A stretch of 64,000 nt of DNA, taken from Waterburya sp. Its GTDB lineage: Bacteria; Cyanobacteriota; Cyanobacteriia; Cyanobacteriales; Xenococcaceae. The stretch covers positions 4,160,001 through 4,224,000 of the forward strand of contig CBDCJV010000002.1 of NCBI GenBank assembly GCA_965217895.1, in the 5' to 3' direction. The position numbers were made by a program, and so were the translations under genes. Each line of letters begins with the position of its first letter. The first letter of the stretch is position 1. Under the pieces are notes generated by a model. The model ran no database searches, was not told the DNA's origin, and was given only the letters and a program-made list of their open reading frames with translations. This document shows positions 41,108-52,137 of the stretch, in pieces.

Positions 41108-42826
41108 ATGGATAATCTTATTGTTAATCAGGAATTGGCTCAATATCAATCAGGCTTAGATAGTTTATTAAGTCAGCTACAGGTTTTTGCCACAGATATA
41201 AAGAATCAGCGATTACAGGTAACGATTCGTAATCTACAGGCAAACATCAACGAGCCATTTCTGTTTGTGGTGGTGGGAGAAGTCAAGGCGGGAAAAAGCA
41301 GTTTTATTAACGCTTTACTCCAGTCAGATATTTGTAAGACCGCAGCCGACCCCTGCACAGATATTATTCAACAGATTGTCTATAGTGAAAAGAGATATGA
41401 GCAGCCAATTAATCAATATCTGCGGAAAATTGGCTTACCCAACGAAATTCTAAAAACTTTGTCTGTTGTGGATACTCCTGGAACGAATACTGTAGTTGAT
41501 AATCATCAGGAAATTACTCATGAATTTATTCCTAATAGCGATCTAATCTTTTTTGTTTTCTTTGCCAAAAATCCTTACACTCGCAGTGCGTGGGAATTGT
41601 TAGATTATGTCAACACCGAGTGGCGCAAAAAAGTCGTCTTTGTACTGCAACAGGCGGATTTGGCTAAACCCGAAGAATTAGCCAAGAACAAAGAAAAGCT
41701 GACCGAGTTGGCATTGCAAAAGGGTATTAGATACCCGATGGTCTTTGCTACCTCAGTTGAGTTGGAAGTAAACGGAGATCAGCAGCATAGCGGCTTTACA
41801 GAAGTAAGAAACTATATTCAGCAGACGCTTAAAGATGGCGGGACGAAAAGGCTTAAGCTACAGGGAGTAGCCAGAACTAGCGATAAAATTATTGATTTAC
41901 TAGGAAAAGACTTGTTAGCGATTGAGCAGCAATTGGTTAAAGATCGACTAGTAGTCGGCAAAATAAAAGCCAAATTACAGCAAAATAAAAGACAGTCAGG
42001 TTTTGAACTGGAATCTTTAATTAATCGTCTACTGACTAAATACGATACAATCACCGCTAAAGTAAAAGCCGACTTTCGCGAACAGCTATCTCTATTGACA
42101 ATGGTTAAAGGTTCATTTGCTGTGCTACTGCGGACTAAAAAATCTGCGCCAACCTGGATGGATGAATTAAAACAAAGCTGTGAAAACGAGTTAAAAGCTT
42201 CTTTAGGAGAAATATCCCAAGATGGCATCAAGCATTTTGTCGGCGGAATTAAAAGACTCTTACAAAGCCTAGTTAATGATTTACATGATATAAAAGTCAA
42301 TCAAATTAGCACCAATGCGATCGCTCTAAATACTCTTGAAAGTCGTCAAGAAATAGTCGAAGAAGTGCAGCAAAAAGTAGCTACCTTGCTGAATGATAAA
42401 ACCTTTCTTTATTCGATTGAATCACTTAATGCTTGTGTTGCTCCTAGGCTTGTGGGTGCTGGTGCAGCTACGGTTGCGGGTACGGCGATCGCAGCATTAA
42501 CCGAGATTGTCTTATTAGATATCATTGGTACTGCTTTTGCTGGCGTAGGTATTCTCTTTGCTGGCGGAACATTGGTGTTCAAAAAACGCAAAATGATTCG
42601 TCGATTTGAAGATCAACTCGATCGGGAAAAGGCTCGTTTTCAAAGGGAATTATCGGCTAAGTTAAATTCTAAATTAGATATTATTTACGAAGAAATTGAG
42701 CGTAATTTTGTCAACATTTATGATTATGTGGAAAATGAAGAACAAAAAATATCGCCGTTAATCAATCAGTTTGAACAAATTGAACTGAAGCAGAAGCAAT
42801 TGTTAACAGATAACAAGCATGAATAA
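41108..42826 (+). CDS. bacterial dynamin-like GTPase
   Basis: GEVKAGKS (G1), DTPG (G3), QQAD (variant G4), helical stalk and C-terminal hydrophobic paddle. Confidence 0.88.
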   Translation: MDNLIVNQELAQYQSGLDSLLSQLQVFATDIKNQRLQVTIRNLQANINEPFLFVVVGEVKAGKSSFINALLQSDICKTAADPCTDIIQQIVYSEKRYEQPINQYLRKIGLPNEILKTLSVVDTPGTNTVVDNHQEITHEFIPNSDLIFFVFFAKNPYTRSAWELLDYVNTEWRKKVVFVLQQADLAKPEELAKNKEKLTELALQKGIRYPMVFATSVELEVNGDQQHSGFTEVRNYIQQTLKDGGTKRLKLQGVARTSDKIIDLLGKDLLAIEQQLVKDRLVVGKIKAKLQQNKRQSGFELESLINRLLTKYDTITAKVKADFREQLSLLTMVKGSFAVLLRTKKSAPTWMDELKQSCENELKASLGEISQDGIKHFVGGIKRLLQSLVNDLHDIKVNQISTNAIALNTLESRQEIVEEVQQKVATLLNDKTFLYSIESLNACVAPRLVGAGAATVAGTAIAALTEIVLLDIIGTAFAGVGILFAGGTLVFKKRKMIRRFEDQLDREKARFQRELSAKLNSKLDIIYEEIERNFVNIYDYVENEEQKISPLINQFEQIELKQKQLLTDNKHE

Positions 42827-43529
42827 AGATCTGACTCAGAAAATTCAGCATGATTTTGATCGTTTAGCTTTATGCGATCGCGATCAATGGGATCATAATA
42901 ATCACTATCACCAGTTTTTGCTTAAACAAATACCTAGTTACAATCAAAAAATTCTCGATCTTGGTTGTGGCGTTGGTAAATTTTCTTGCCTTTTAGCCAA
43001 CCGCGCCGATCGAGTTGTGGCAATAGATTTATCTCCTAACAGTATTGCGATCGCCAAGCAAAGATCTCAGCAGATTAATAATATTGATTATCAAGTCGCT
43101 GATATATCACAGTGGCAATTTCCCCAAGGGCATTTTGATGTAATTGTCTCTGATGTAATTGTCTCTATAGCTACAGTTCATCATCTGTTTTTAGAAGAAC
43201 TACTTCCAAGACTAAAAATTGCTTTAAAACCTGGTGGCGTGCTGGTAATTTTAGACCTATTGAAGCATCAAAATCTTAAAGATACGCTGAGTGATTGTGT
43301 TGCCATTCCTTTGAATTGGTGGTTTTTAAAGACCAAAAACAAACATTTTCAACCTTCTGCCGAAGCAGTTGCAGCGATGAAAGAACATTTTCGGACAGAT
43401 GAATACTTAAATCTATCACAAGCAAGAAAAATTTATCAGGATTTATTTAAAACAGCGAAAGTGAGGAGACATTTGTTTTGGCGTTATTCAGTAGTTTGGC
43501 ATAAACCGATAATTAAAATTATTCCCTAA
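42819..43529 (+). CDS. class I SAM-dependent methyltransferase
   Basis: ILDLGCGVG, AIDLS, LKPGG; contains an in-frame 15-bp duplication (DVIVS x2). Confidence 0.9.
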   Translation: MNKDLTQKIQHDFDRLALCDRDQWDHNNHYHQFLLKQIPSYNQKILDLGCGVGKFSCLLANRADRVVAIDLSPNSIAIAKQRSQQINNIDYQVADISQWQFPQGHFDVIVSDVIVSIATVHHLFLEELLPRLKIALKPGGVLVILDLLKHQNLKDTLSDCVAIPLNWWFLKTKNKHFQPSAEAVAAMKEHFRTDEYLNLSQARKIYQDLFKTAKVRRHLFWRYSVVWHKPIIKIIP

Positions 43530-44590
43530 TAGCTGCTTTTTTTAAACATTACTTTTGTCAATAAAAAAGAAGTAATTTCTCCTAGGGGTAAAATATGTTT
43601 GACTGCGCCCAATTCAATCGCCTCTTTGGGCATACCAAAAATTACTGAAGTTTCTCGATCTTGAGCAATAGTTAACCCTCCTGCTTGGTGAATTGTTTGC
43701 ATTCCTTCAGCACCATCTTTTCCCATACCAGTTAATAAAATTGCGATCGCCTTACAACCATAAACTTGTGCTACAGACTTAAAGGTTGTGTTTACTGCGG
43801 GGCGATGTCCGCCAACGGGGGGAGAAACGGAACAAACAAACTGCCCCTCACTGTTTAACTCTAGATGTTTGCCTTCTGGAGGAAAATAAATAGTCCCTGT
43901 TTGAGGAGTAATACCAGAGCGAGCTATTTGAATTGGTAAAGCACAGGTAAGACTGAGCCACTGAATTAGACCGTCGAGAAAGCCATGACTAATATGCTGT
44001 ACACAGACAATCGGCACAGGGAAATTGGCGGGTAAACAGTCAAACATAGTCTGTAAGGCTTGAGGGCCACCCGTAGAAGTACCAATAACCACTATTTTAG
44101 TTTCTGTAGCAGCATTAAAAACTGACTTGGGGGGATTGAGCGGCAATTGAGATGCCTGACTAGCAATGGGAGTCCGCTTTCTAAATACTTTGACTCCCGC
44201 CAAAATTTTAATTTTGTTAATTAAGCGTAGTTGATTTATTTGAGCATCTTGATTTGTACCAGAGCGAGGTTTGGCAAAAATATCCACAGCACCAGCTTCT
44301 AATAATTCAAAAATACGGTGACGTTGTTCTGCCTGTACCGAAACGCTAACCACTAAAATTGGTCGGGGATACTTTGCCATTACTTGTTTAGTAAATTCCA
44401 AACCATCCATTTTAGGCATATGAAAATCAGTACAGATCACATCAGGGTTGAGTTGAGGAATGAGAGCTAGTCCCTCTATACCATTGCTGGCTGTACCTAC
44501 TACTTCAATATCAGGTGAAGAACGAAAAATATTTTTTAGGATAGTTTGAAAAACGGTCGAGTCTTCAACGATTAAAACGCGAATGGGCAT
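43526..44590 (-). CDS. cheB: chemotaxis methylesterase CheB (REC + methylesterase)
   Basis: N-terminal REC; GTSTGGP, VQH, RPAV, LTGMGKDGA catalytic motifs. Confidence 0.95.
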   Translation of the reverse strand: MPIRVLIVEDSTVFQTILKNIFRSSPDIEVVGTASNGIEGLALIPQLNPDVICTDFHMPKMDGLEFTKQVMAKYPRPILVVSVSVQAEQRHRIFELLEAGAVDIFAKPRSGTNQDAQINQLRLINKIKILAGVKVFRKRTPIASQASQLPLNPPKSVFNAATETKIVVIGTSTGGPQALQTMFDCLPANFPVPIVCVQHISHGFLDGLIQWLSLTCALPIQIARSGITPQTGTIYFPPEGKHLELNSEGQFVCSVSPPVGGHRPAVNTTFKSVAQVYGCKAIAILLTGMGKDGAEGMQTIHQAGGLTIAQDRETSVIFGMPKEAIELGAVKHILPLGEITSFLLTKVMFKKSSY

Positions 44591-44622
44591 AAAAATAAAA
44601 AAATATTAACTGGCTGTTAACT

Positions 44623-46980
44623 TTAGATTAATCGAGCGAGGGTATCTAAGAGAACATCTTGATTAAATTGTCCCTTGACAATATAAGCATTTGCTCCTGC
44701 TTCTGCTCCTTTGCGTTTATCCTCATCAGTAGCTAAAGATGTGACTAGAATACTTGGTAATTCGCTGTATTCCTCGTTTTCTCTAATGCGTGCAGTCAAG
44801 GAAAAACCGTCTAAGTTAGGCATTTGGACATCAGAAATAACTGCATCAAAATAGTTGTTTTGCAGTTTATTGAAGCCATCTAGACCATCTACAGCGGTAA
44901 TTACTTCATAACCTGCTGCTTCTAATAATCGTTTTTCCTGAGTACGAACTAACATAGAGTCTTCAGCTAGCAAAATCTTGTGTTTCCCAGGAGCAGAAAT
45001 TTTTTCTGACTGGGGTAGCAACCGTGAATTAGAAACCTTGGCTGCCAACAGAGAAGAACTATTGCCTTTTAAAGATTGAAGCAAATCTGTCGCCGCCAGA
45101 ATCATACATACTTGTCCCGTTCCCAAAATAGTTGACCCTGCAACATTACGTACCCGACGCAAGATCTTGCTTTGAGGCTTGAATGCCACATCAGTAACAT
45201 CCAGAAGACGGTCAACAATTAAGCCAAATCTTTCTGCTCCTACCTTCATTAGAATACAAGGCTTGAGTTTGGTAGAGATATATTCTGACTTAGCTGCGAC
45301 TGCATAGGCTGGAGAATTAGTAATTTGCAGCAAGTCGGCTAAATTAGCTACGGAAACTGCTTTACCATTAATGGCGATCGCAGCTTTGCCTTCTAAGGGA
45401 AAAATTTCCTGGGGGTCGATCTGCAAATTAGCCTCAACAAAGTCAATGGGTAGGGCATGAACGATACCGTGAATCTCTACCAGCAAAACATCTGATTTAA
45501 CCAAGGTAGTCGGCAGCCGCAGGTTAAAAATACACCCTTGATTAGGAGTAGAATCAATTTCAATGATTCCTTTTAGCTTTTCAATATTGTTTTTCACCAC
45601 GTCCATACCTACCCCTCGACCAGAAACTTCGGTAATAAAGTTGCGAGTCGAAAAACCAGGCTGGAAAATTAGGGAGTGAATCTGACTAACACTTATGTTC
45701 TCTAATTCTTCAGGAGAGTGTAAACCCTTTTTTACTGCGGTGCTTTTGAGCTTCTCAATATCTAATCCTCTGCCGTCGTCTTTCAGTTCAATGACGATTT
45801 TGTTACCAGTTTGATAACCTGTCAAAGAAACGCTTGCTTGGGCTGGTTTTCCTAGCTGAATACGCTCTGTAGGTGTCTCTATCCCATGATCGATCGCATT
45901 ACGAATTAAGTGCATCAAAGGATCTTTAATTTCTTCAAGGATTTTTTTATCTACCTGGGTATCTTCTCCCGCGATTACTAGCTGTACTTGCTTGCCCTGT
46001 TCTCTGGCTAAATCTCTAACTAAGCGAGGGAAAAGCTGGAACACCTGTGAGAGTGGTAACTGTCTGAGATTAGCAATTTTCTCTTCTAGCTCTACTGCTA
46101 CAAACTCTAGTTTGCTACTATTTTCTTGAGCAAGAGTTTTTAAGCGGGCAATTTTTTGCTCCAGTCGGACTTCTATTGGTTCTGTTTCAGGTTCATACTC
46201 ATTTAGGTTAGATTGTTGAAACCCCGTTGCTTTTAGTTCCTTCCACAAACTAGATACTTGCTCGATCTCGGTGACGGTGTGAGCCACACGAGTTTTATTA
46301 ACAATTAATTCTCCTACTTGAGTAACTAAGCTATCTAAAGCTTTGGTAGGTACACGAACCGTATCTATACGATAGGGTTGCTCAATCTTGGTCGGATATA
46401 CTGCTACCTCGTCCACTGTCTTAACCAGCGATCGCTCTGGTTTATTGGTGGTAGATATAGCAGCAGATTGCTGAATTAATTCATTACTAGCTACATCCTT
46501 TAAGGATGCTTCGCGATCTGGTAATGACGATATCAAATGTTCTTCCCAGTCAGCGTCTATTGGTGTTTGCGACTCTATTTCGGGCGCAGAAATTGCTGAC
46601 TCGGTTGCCTTGACTAACTGTTTGCTTGACTAACTGTTTGACCGTTTGCTCAATGTCTACTCCGCTAGATTCACCTGTTAGAGTTTCTTCTACCAGGCTT
46701 TGCATCCCATCGAGAGTTTGGTAAAGGCGATCGCTCAATCCAGTTGTTAGAGTTACCGACTGGCTCTGAATTTTACCTAATACTTTTTCTAGAGCATGGG
46801 TAAGCGTTTCCAGCGTCGTTACTCCCACCACCCGCGAATCTCCCTTGAGGCTATGTGCCTCGCGCAACAAATCTTCAATTAGATCTCGCTGGCTGGGGTT
46901 TTGTTCTAGCTGAAGAATACCCGTCTCTAGATTCTGCAAGCGTTCTTGGCTTGATAGCCGATAGATATCTTTTAACTCAT
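44623..46980 (-). pseudogene. cheA: hybrid CheA (Hpt-HATPase-CheW-REC), frameshifted and missing its start
   Basis: Hpt (REAHSLKG) in 46550..47005 and the remainder in 44623..46536 join in frame if one copy of a 16-bp duplication (46609-46640) is removed; homology begins at ELKDIY near 46978 with no native start. Confidence 0.9.
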
Positions 46981-47880
46981 AGTTTAGGGCAACTAACCTG
47001 GACAATCGATCAAGATACTAACGTTGAATCTGCTGCTAATTTGGCATTATCCGTTGAAGAGGTCAAAGCAATTTTGATGGGAGCTAATCTCTTAGCACAA
47101 CAATGGCAGACTGCTGATTTGGGAGACTATTCGCCTATCCTCTCTCCTCTACTAAAGCAAGAGAAAATATACGATGCTATTGAATTACCGATTTCTAAAA
47201 CATATCTACAGGGTCAACATTCTCTTTGGGATGTTGCTGCTAAAATACAGACTTCAATAGTTTTAATTGGTCGCTCCTTAATTAATCTGGAGAAACAAAA
47301 TATTATTGAACTTCAGGAAATACCAGATTTTCCCGAATCCACAAATGGTAAGTTATCTCCTCAACCAGATCGGCGAGAATCAGAAAATTATTCTGCTATG
47401 ATCGCTCCTCAACCCATCAATACTCCAGCAGCAGTTAAGCAGAATCAATCTAGGAGTACTAACCAAGCTAGAAATACTCCTCAAGCAACTTTTGACCCCA
47501 ATAAACCTCTAATCGCCTGTATTGATGACAGTCCTGTACTGGGTCATAGCATCAAAAAGATTTTGGCATCAGTGGGTTATCAATCAATGGTTATTAGTGA
47601 CCCTATGGCGGGAATGAGCTTATTAGCTAAATACCGACCGAATCTAATTTTGCTTGATTTGCTTATGCCTACGGTTAGTGGTTATAGCGTCTGTAAATTT
47701 CTGAGGGAAACTACCTTATTTAAAACTACTCCGATTGTAATTTTGACTGCTAAAGACACAATTGTCGATCGCACTAGGGCTAGATTAGCAGGAGCGACGG
47801 ATTTTGTAACTAAACCTCCAGAACCCCGTGAATTATTGCAGGTAATTAGAGTACATCTTACTGATATTCCTTGGAGTTAA
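46981..47880 (+). pseudogene. 5'-truncated PatA-type response regulator
   Basis: C-terminal REC (IACIDDSP, LDLLMP..SGY, PIVILT, GATDFVTKP) preceded by a wHTH-like segment; the N-terminal part is replaced by antisense cheA sequence. Confidence 0.75.
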
Positions 47881-47886
47881 GTTAAA

Positions 47887-49419
47887 TTGATTCCTAACAT
47901 TTCTTTCCAACTCAGACAGGCTTTTGCTCAATCTATTGCCCAAAAAATTGGTATTGAAATTAGACAGGTAGAACAAGATAGCCTCGAACAAAAAATTTGG
48001 CTGAGAATAAAAGCTTTACAGCTAGCTACACCAGAACAGTATTATCAGTTTTTGAGTTTACCTGGGCTTGAAAGTGAAGGAGAATGGCAACAGTTAGCCC
48101 AACTGCTAACCAACAACGAAAGCTACTTTTTTCGCGATCGCCAACAGCTAAATCTACTCAAAAATCAGATTTTTCCCCAGCTAATTCAACAAAAGCGAGA
48201 GCAAGAAGATTTGACCCTGCGGGTATGGAGTGCGGGATGTTCTACAGGACAAGAACCCTATTCCTTGGCAATTATCCTCAAAGAACTACTCCTAGATATC
48301 GACGCTTGGAATTTAGCAATTATAGGGACAGACATTGATTTGGCAGCTTTAAACCAAGCTAGAGCAGGAATCTATTCTGAATGGTCTTTTCGCGATACTG
48401 AAGCAAGGATTAAACAACAATATTTTGCACCCATAGCTCGCAACTACCAGATTGAGACTAAGCTTCGTCAGATGGTTACTTGGCAAAAAGTTAATTTGCT
48501 TAAGGATCGGTTTCCCCATCTGTTTTCTAATCTCCAAGAAATCGATCTAATTGTCTGTCGCAACGTCTTTATCTACTTTGGTTCATCTACTATTGGCAAA
48601 ATTCTAGCTAAGTTTTATCAGACTCTGCGACCTGGAGGCTACTTGCTAGTGGGTCATTCTGAATTGGCTGGTCAAAATTTAAGCCTTTTTCAAGCGCAAA
48701 ATTTCCCGCAATCTTTGATTTATCAGCGTCGAGAAGCAAGCTCGATAACTAGCCAGAATACTAGCTTGCCCTTAACCAAAAATCAGCAGCCTGTTTCTGA
48801 GGTAAAAAATAAGCCTAAAAGTAATCGTCAACTATTTGCTCCAGTCCAAAAGCCGATTAAAACCCAAATGATACCGTCACCGCAAGTATCAAATGGAGCT
48901 AGTGCTTCTAAGGCTTTATCTGCCGAGGAAGATAGTCAAAGACTACTTGAGCAAGCAAAACATTTGTGGCAGCAAAAACAGTCTAATTTAGCCATTAAAA
49001 AAGCAGAACAAATTTTAGCTCTTCAACCTCAAAATATTGCCGTCTGTTGTTTGTTGGGCAAAATTTATCTGGAACTAAAGCAAATTGATTTAGCAATTAA
49101 CATGAGCGATCGCGCTTTAGCAATTGATAGTGTAAATTTAGAGGTTAACTATTTACTAGCCGAAATTGCCCTTTTTCAAGCGGACCCCTTGACCGCCAAA
49201 AAGATCTACAAAAAAATTCTTTATCTCGATCCTCAATCAATCAAAGCTCCTTTAGAACTAAGTCGTATTTATCAAGCAGAGGGCGATCGCCCTAGAGCTA
49301 GCAAAATGGCGCAACAGGCAGTGAAGTTACTCCAGAAATTACCCAATTCCCAGATTTTATCAAGCTGCAATAATTCCACCGTCGCCGAACTGATGTTTCA
49401 ACTAACTACTAACTACTAA
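47887..49419 (+). CDS. cheR: CheR methyltransferase with C-terminal TPR
   Basis: TNNESYFFRD, RVWSAGCSTGQEPYS, IVCRNVFIYF, GHSE; TPR helices. Confidence 0.95.
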   Translation: MIPNISFQLRQAFAQSIAQKIGIEIRQVEQDSLEQKIWLRIKALQLATPEQYYQFLSLPGLESEGEWQQLAQLLTNNESYFFRDRQQLNLLKNQIFPQLIQQKREQEDLTLRVWSAGCSTGQEPYSLAIILKELLLDIDAWNLAIIGTDIDLAALNQARAGIYSEWSFRDTEARIKQQYFAPIARNYQIETKLRQMVTWQKVNLLKDRFPHLFSNLQEIDLIVCRNVFIYFGSSTIGKILAKFYQTLRPGGYLLVGHSELAGQNLSLFQAQNFPQSLIYQRREASSITSQNTSLPLTKNQQPVSEVKNKPKSNRQLFAPVQKPIKTQMIPSPQVSNGASASKALSAEEDSQRLLEQAKHLWQQKQSNLAIKKAEQILALQPQNIAVCCLLGKIYLELKQIDLAINMSDRALAIDSVNLEVNYLLAEIALFQADPLTAKKIYKKILYLDPQSIKAPLELSRIYQAEGDRPRASKMAQQAVKLLQKLPNSQILSSCNNSTVAELMFQLTTNY

Positions 49420-49451
49420 CTTGAGATCGCTCATTCAAGGTAATAAGCAAA

Positions 49452-50579
49452 ATGACTAAACAGTATTCATATTTGATTTTTAGAATTAATAACTCCCTTT
49501 ATGGTGTTAACACTCTCTGCGTCAAACAGATTTTTTTACTTCCAGAACTGACCCCAATTTTTGAGGCTTCGCCAGGCATAGTCGGCGTGGTCGATCTCAA
49601 GGGTCGTGTTTTGCCTGTAATGGATTTAAATCTGCGCTTTGGTCAACAAACTAGTAATTATTCCTTGAGCGATCAGGTGATTGTGGTCGAACAAGGAGAA
49701 CAAGATCTAGGAATTATTGTTGATGAAGTGTGCGAAGTCCGCAATATTCCTGAAACAGACATTGCCCAGCAGATTCAATCTGAACGCTCATTTCCAGACA
49801 CCAACGAGCATCAATTTATTACAGGGGTGATACGCAGCGAAAACGATATTTTGGTGATGATCAATTTGGCAAATCTCTTACAGTATATTTCTAGACCAAA
49901 CTCCAGAGAAAGACAAGACTATTCTAGTCAACAAATTCCTAGGCAATTTTTACCCGATCATAATCAACAAAAGCCAAGATCGAACCATCAATTAATTGTT
50001 AAAGATAGGGAACAAATATCTTTAAGTTCACTGCCAAAATCCCCAAGCCAGTTGACCTCAGAGGCATTAGCGATACTGCGTGAGCGAGCAAATCAGCTTA
50101 GACAAATCGATCGGATTAAGCAGAATTCTGAAAACGTTAAAAATTTAGCGATCGTTATTTTAAATCAGGAGTTTTTTGGTGTCGATCTTGAAAATGTTAG
50201 AGAGTTTACCAATATTGAGCAGGTAGTACCTGTTCCTTGTTGTCCTCCCCATATTGTGGGCAATATGAACTTGCGCGGGGAGATTTTAACTTTGGTAGAT
50301 ATCTGTCAGGTATTAAATTTACCACCAGTCAATTTAAGCAAAATTTCTCAGTTAATGGTAGTCGAAGTTGACGAATTACGAGTTGGCTTAACCATTGAAA
50401 AAGTTCACGACACTATTACCGTTGATGCCCAAGAAATTGATTTAGTTCCTGCTGCTAGCTATTCTGTCAACAAAGAATATTTTCAAGGAACATTATCATT
50501 TCAAAATAAGATGATCAGTATTTTGAATATTGCAAAAATAATACAGAATGATGGTTTAATAGTCGATCAGTCGGGATGA
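49452..50579 (+). CDS. cheW: tandem double-domain CheW
   Basis: Two CheW domains (GVVDLKGRVLPVMDL; GNMNLRGEILTLVDI). Confidence 0.92.
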   Translation: MTKQYSYLIFRINNSLYGVNTLCVKQIFLLPELTPIFEASPGIVGVVDLKGRVLPVMDLNLRFGQQTSNYSLSDQVIVVEQGEQDLGIIVDEVCEVRNIPETDIAQQIQSERSFPDTNEHQFITGVIRSENDILVMINLANLLQYISRPNSRERQDYSSQQIPRQFLPDHNQQKPRSNHQLIVKDREQISLSSLPKSPSQLTSEALAILRERANQLRQIDRIKQNSENVKNLAIVILNQEFFGVDLENVREFTNIEQVVPVPCCPPHIVGNMNLRGEILTLVDICQVLNLPPVNLSKISQLMVVEVDELRVGLTIEKVHDTITVDAQEIDLVPAASYSVNKEYFQGTLSFQNKMISILNIAKIIQNDGLIVDQSG

Positions 50580-50633
50580 TTGCTTAAAGACAAGTTGAAC
50601 AATTCTAATTTATTAAGGAGCAAGCAAATTGTT

Positions 50634-52104
50634 ATGTTTAAAGACTTAAAGTTAAGAGATCGTATTTTAATTGGCTATATACTACCTTTAATTTCTCTAG
50701 TTGGGGCTTCTGCCCTTACTTTATGGAACGCCAACCGCATTCAAAATATTTTTCAAGAAGTAAAAAAAGCGGACAAAGAAGTAGCACAGATCAACAAGCT
50801 AGAACACGATCTCGATGCCATGATTTTAGGTGCCAGGGGCTATCTCATTAATCCTGATGATACATATTTGCAAGAATATCGCCAGGGGTAGTCAAGATTT
50901 TACTCAAACAGCTAAAGCTGCAAGGCAATCAGGAGCAATTATTCAACCAGAAATCCAAAAATATTTTGAGGGATTAACTGCTTTAGGAGAAGAGGTACAA
51001 GGAAATAGCGCAAATTTGATCGCCTTAGTTCAAGCAGGAAAACAGCAGCAGGCAAATGCTCTGGCTTTGAATCAATTAGGTTCAGAATTAGATCGGCAAA
51101 TATTAGCTATAGAGGCTGAATTGAAAGATTCCGAGCAACAAGAACTAAACCAACAAGTGACTCAAAAGATTGCCAAAGCCGAAGATAATTTAAATACTCT
51201 GGTGCTGGTATTCTTGATTAGTGCTTTAGGTTTAGGGGGGTTAAGCACGGCGATCGCCTTGATTATTGCTTCAAGAGCAACCAGAACTATTACCGAAGCC
51301 ATCGGCAAAATTAGTTCTTCTTCTAACGAGATCGCCGTAACTGTAGAAGAACAGGAACGCAACGCCAATTTACAGGCAGCCTCGGTTAATGAAACCACTA
51401 CTGCTATGGATGAATTGGAAGCAACATCTAGGCAGTCTGCCGAACAGGCTAATGCAGCAGCAATAGCAGCCGAACAAGTGTTCCAGCTTGCCGATAATGG
51501 TAATCAGGCAGTGGAGGAAACTCTAGGAGAAATGTCTAATCTTCAGAGTAAAGTTGCGGCGATCGCCGAACAGATTATGCAGTTGAGCGAACAAACAATT
51601 CAAATTGGCAATATTTCTGGTTTAGTTTCCGATCTGGCTAATCAGACTAATATATTGGCATTAAACGCAGCCGTTGAGGCGGTTAGGGCAGGAGAACATG
51701 GCAGAGGTTTTTCTGTAGTAGCAGCAGAGATCCGTAAGCTTGCCGATCAAAGTAAAAACTCAGCCGAAAATATTAATACTTTAGTTTCCCAGATTCAACA
51801 CAAGATCAACTCGGCGGTGATGGTAACAGATGAAGGCTCAAAAACAGTTTATTCAGGTATTCAAATTGCCAATCGCACAGCCGAGTCATTTGCGGGAGTT
51901 TCAGAAGCCGTAAACAATATGGTGATAAGTAATCAGCAAATATCACTCAATACTAAGCAACAGGTTCAGGCAATTCAACAGGTAGTTGAAGCCATGAACA
52001 ATATTAACTTGGGGGCAAAAGAAACAGCGACTGGTATTAGTCAAACCAAACAAGGGACAAGTCAACTGAATGAGGCAAGCATTAATTTACAAAGCATAGT
52101 TTAA
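50634..52104 (+). pseudogene. methyl-accepting chemotaxis protein with CHASE3-like sensor, frameshifted
   Basis: ATG 50634 (MFKDLKL, upstream AAGGAG); TM1, RGYLIN; one extra G in GGGG 50885-50888; TM2 and QTNILALNAAVEAVRAGEHGRGF hairpin. Confidence 0.88.
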
Positions 52105-52137
52105 TACTAAATCCTGTTTGGATAGAGATTAGGTAAG
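52102..52137. mobile_element. short IS terminal-repeat scar
   Basis: TAATACTAAATCCTGTT (52102-52118) matches the IS end at 27178-27194 at 16/17 nt. Confidence 0.5.

Noticed and set aside
46855..46980. N-terminal 42 codons of the 341-aa plus-strand ORF
   Set aside because: This is antisense cheA Hpt sequence; the PatA-like part begins only after the junction at about 46981.
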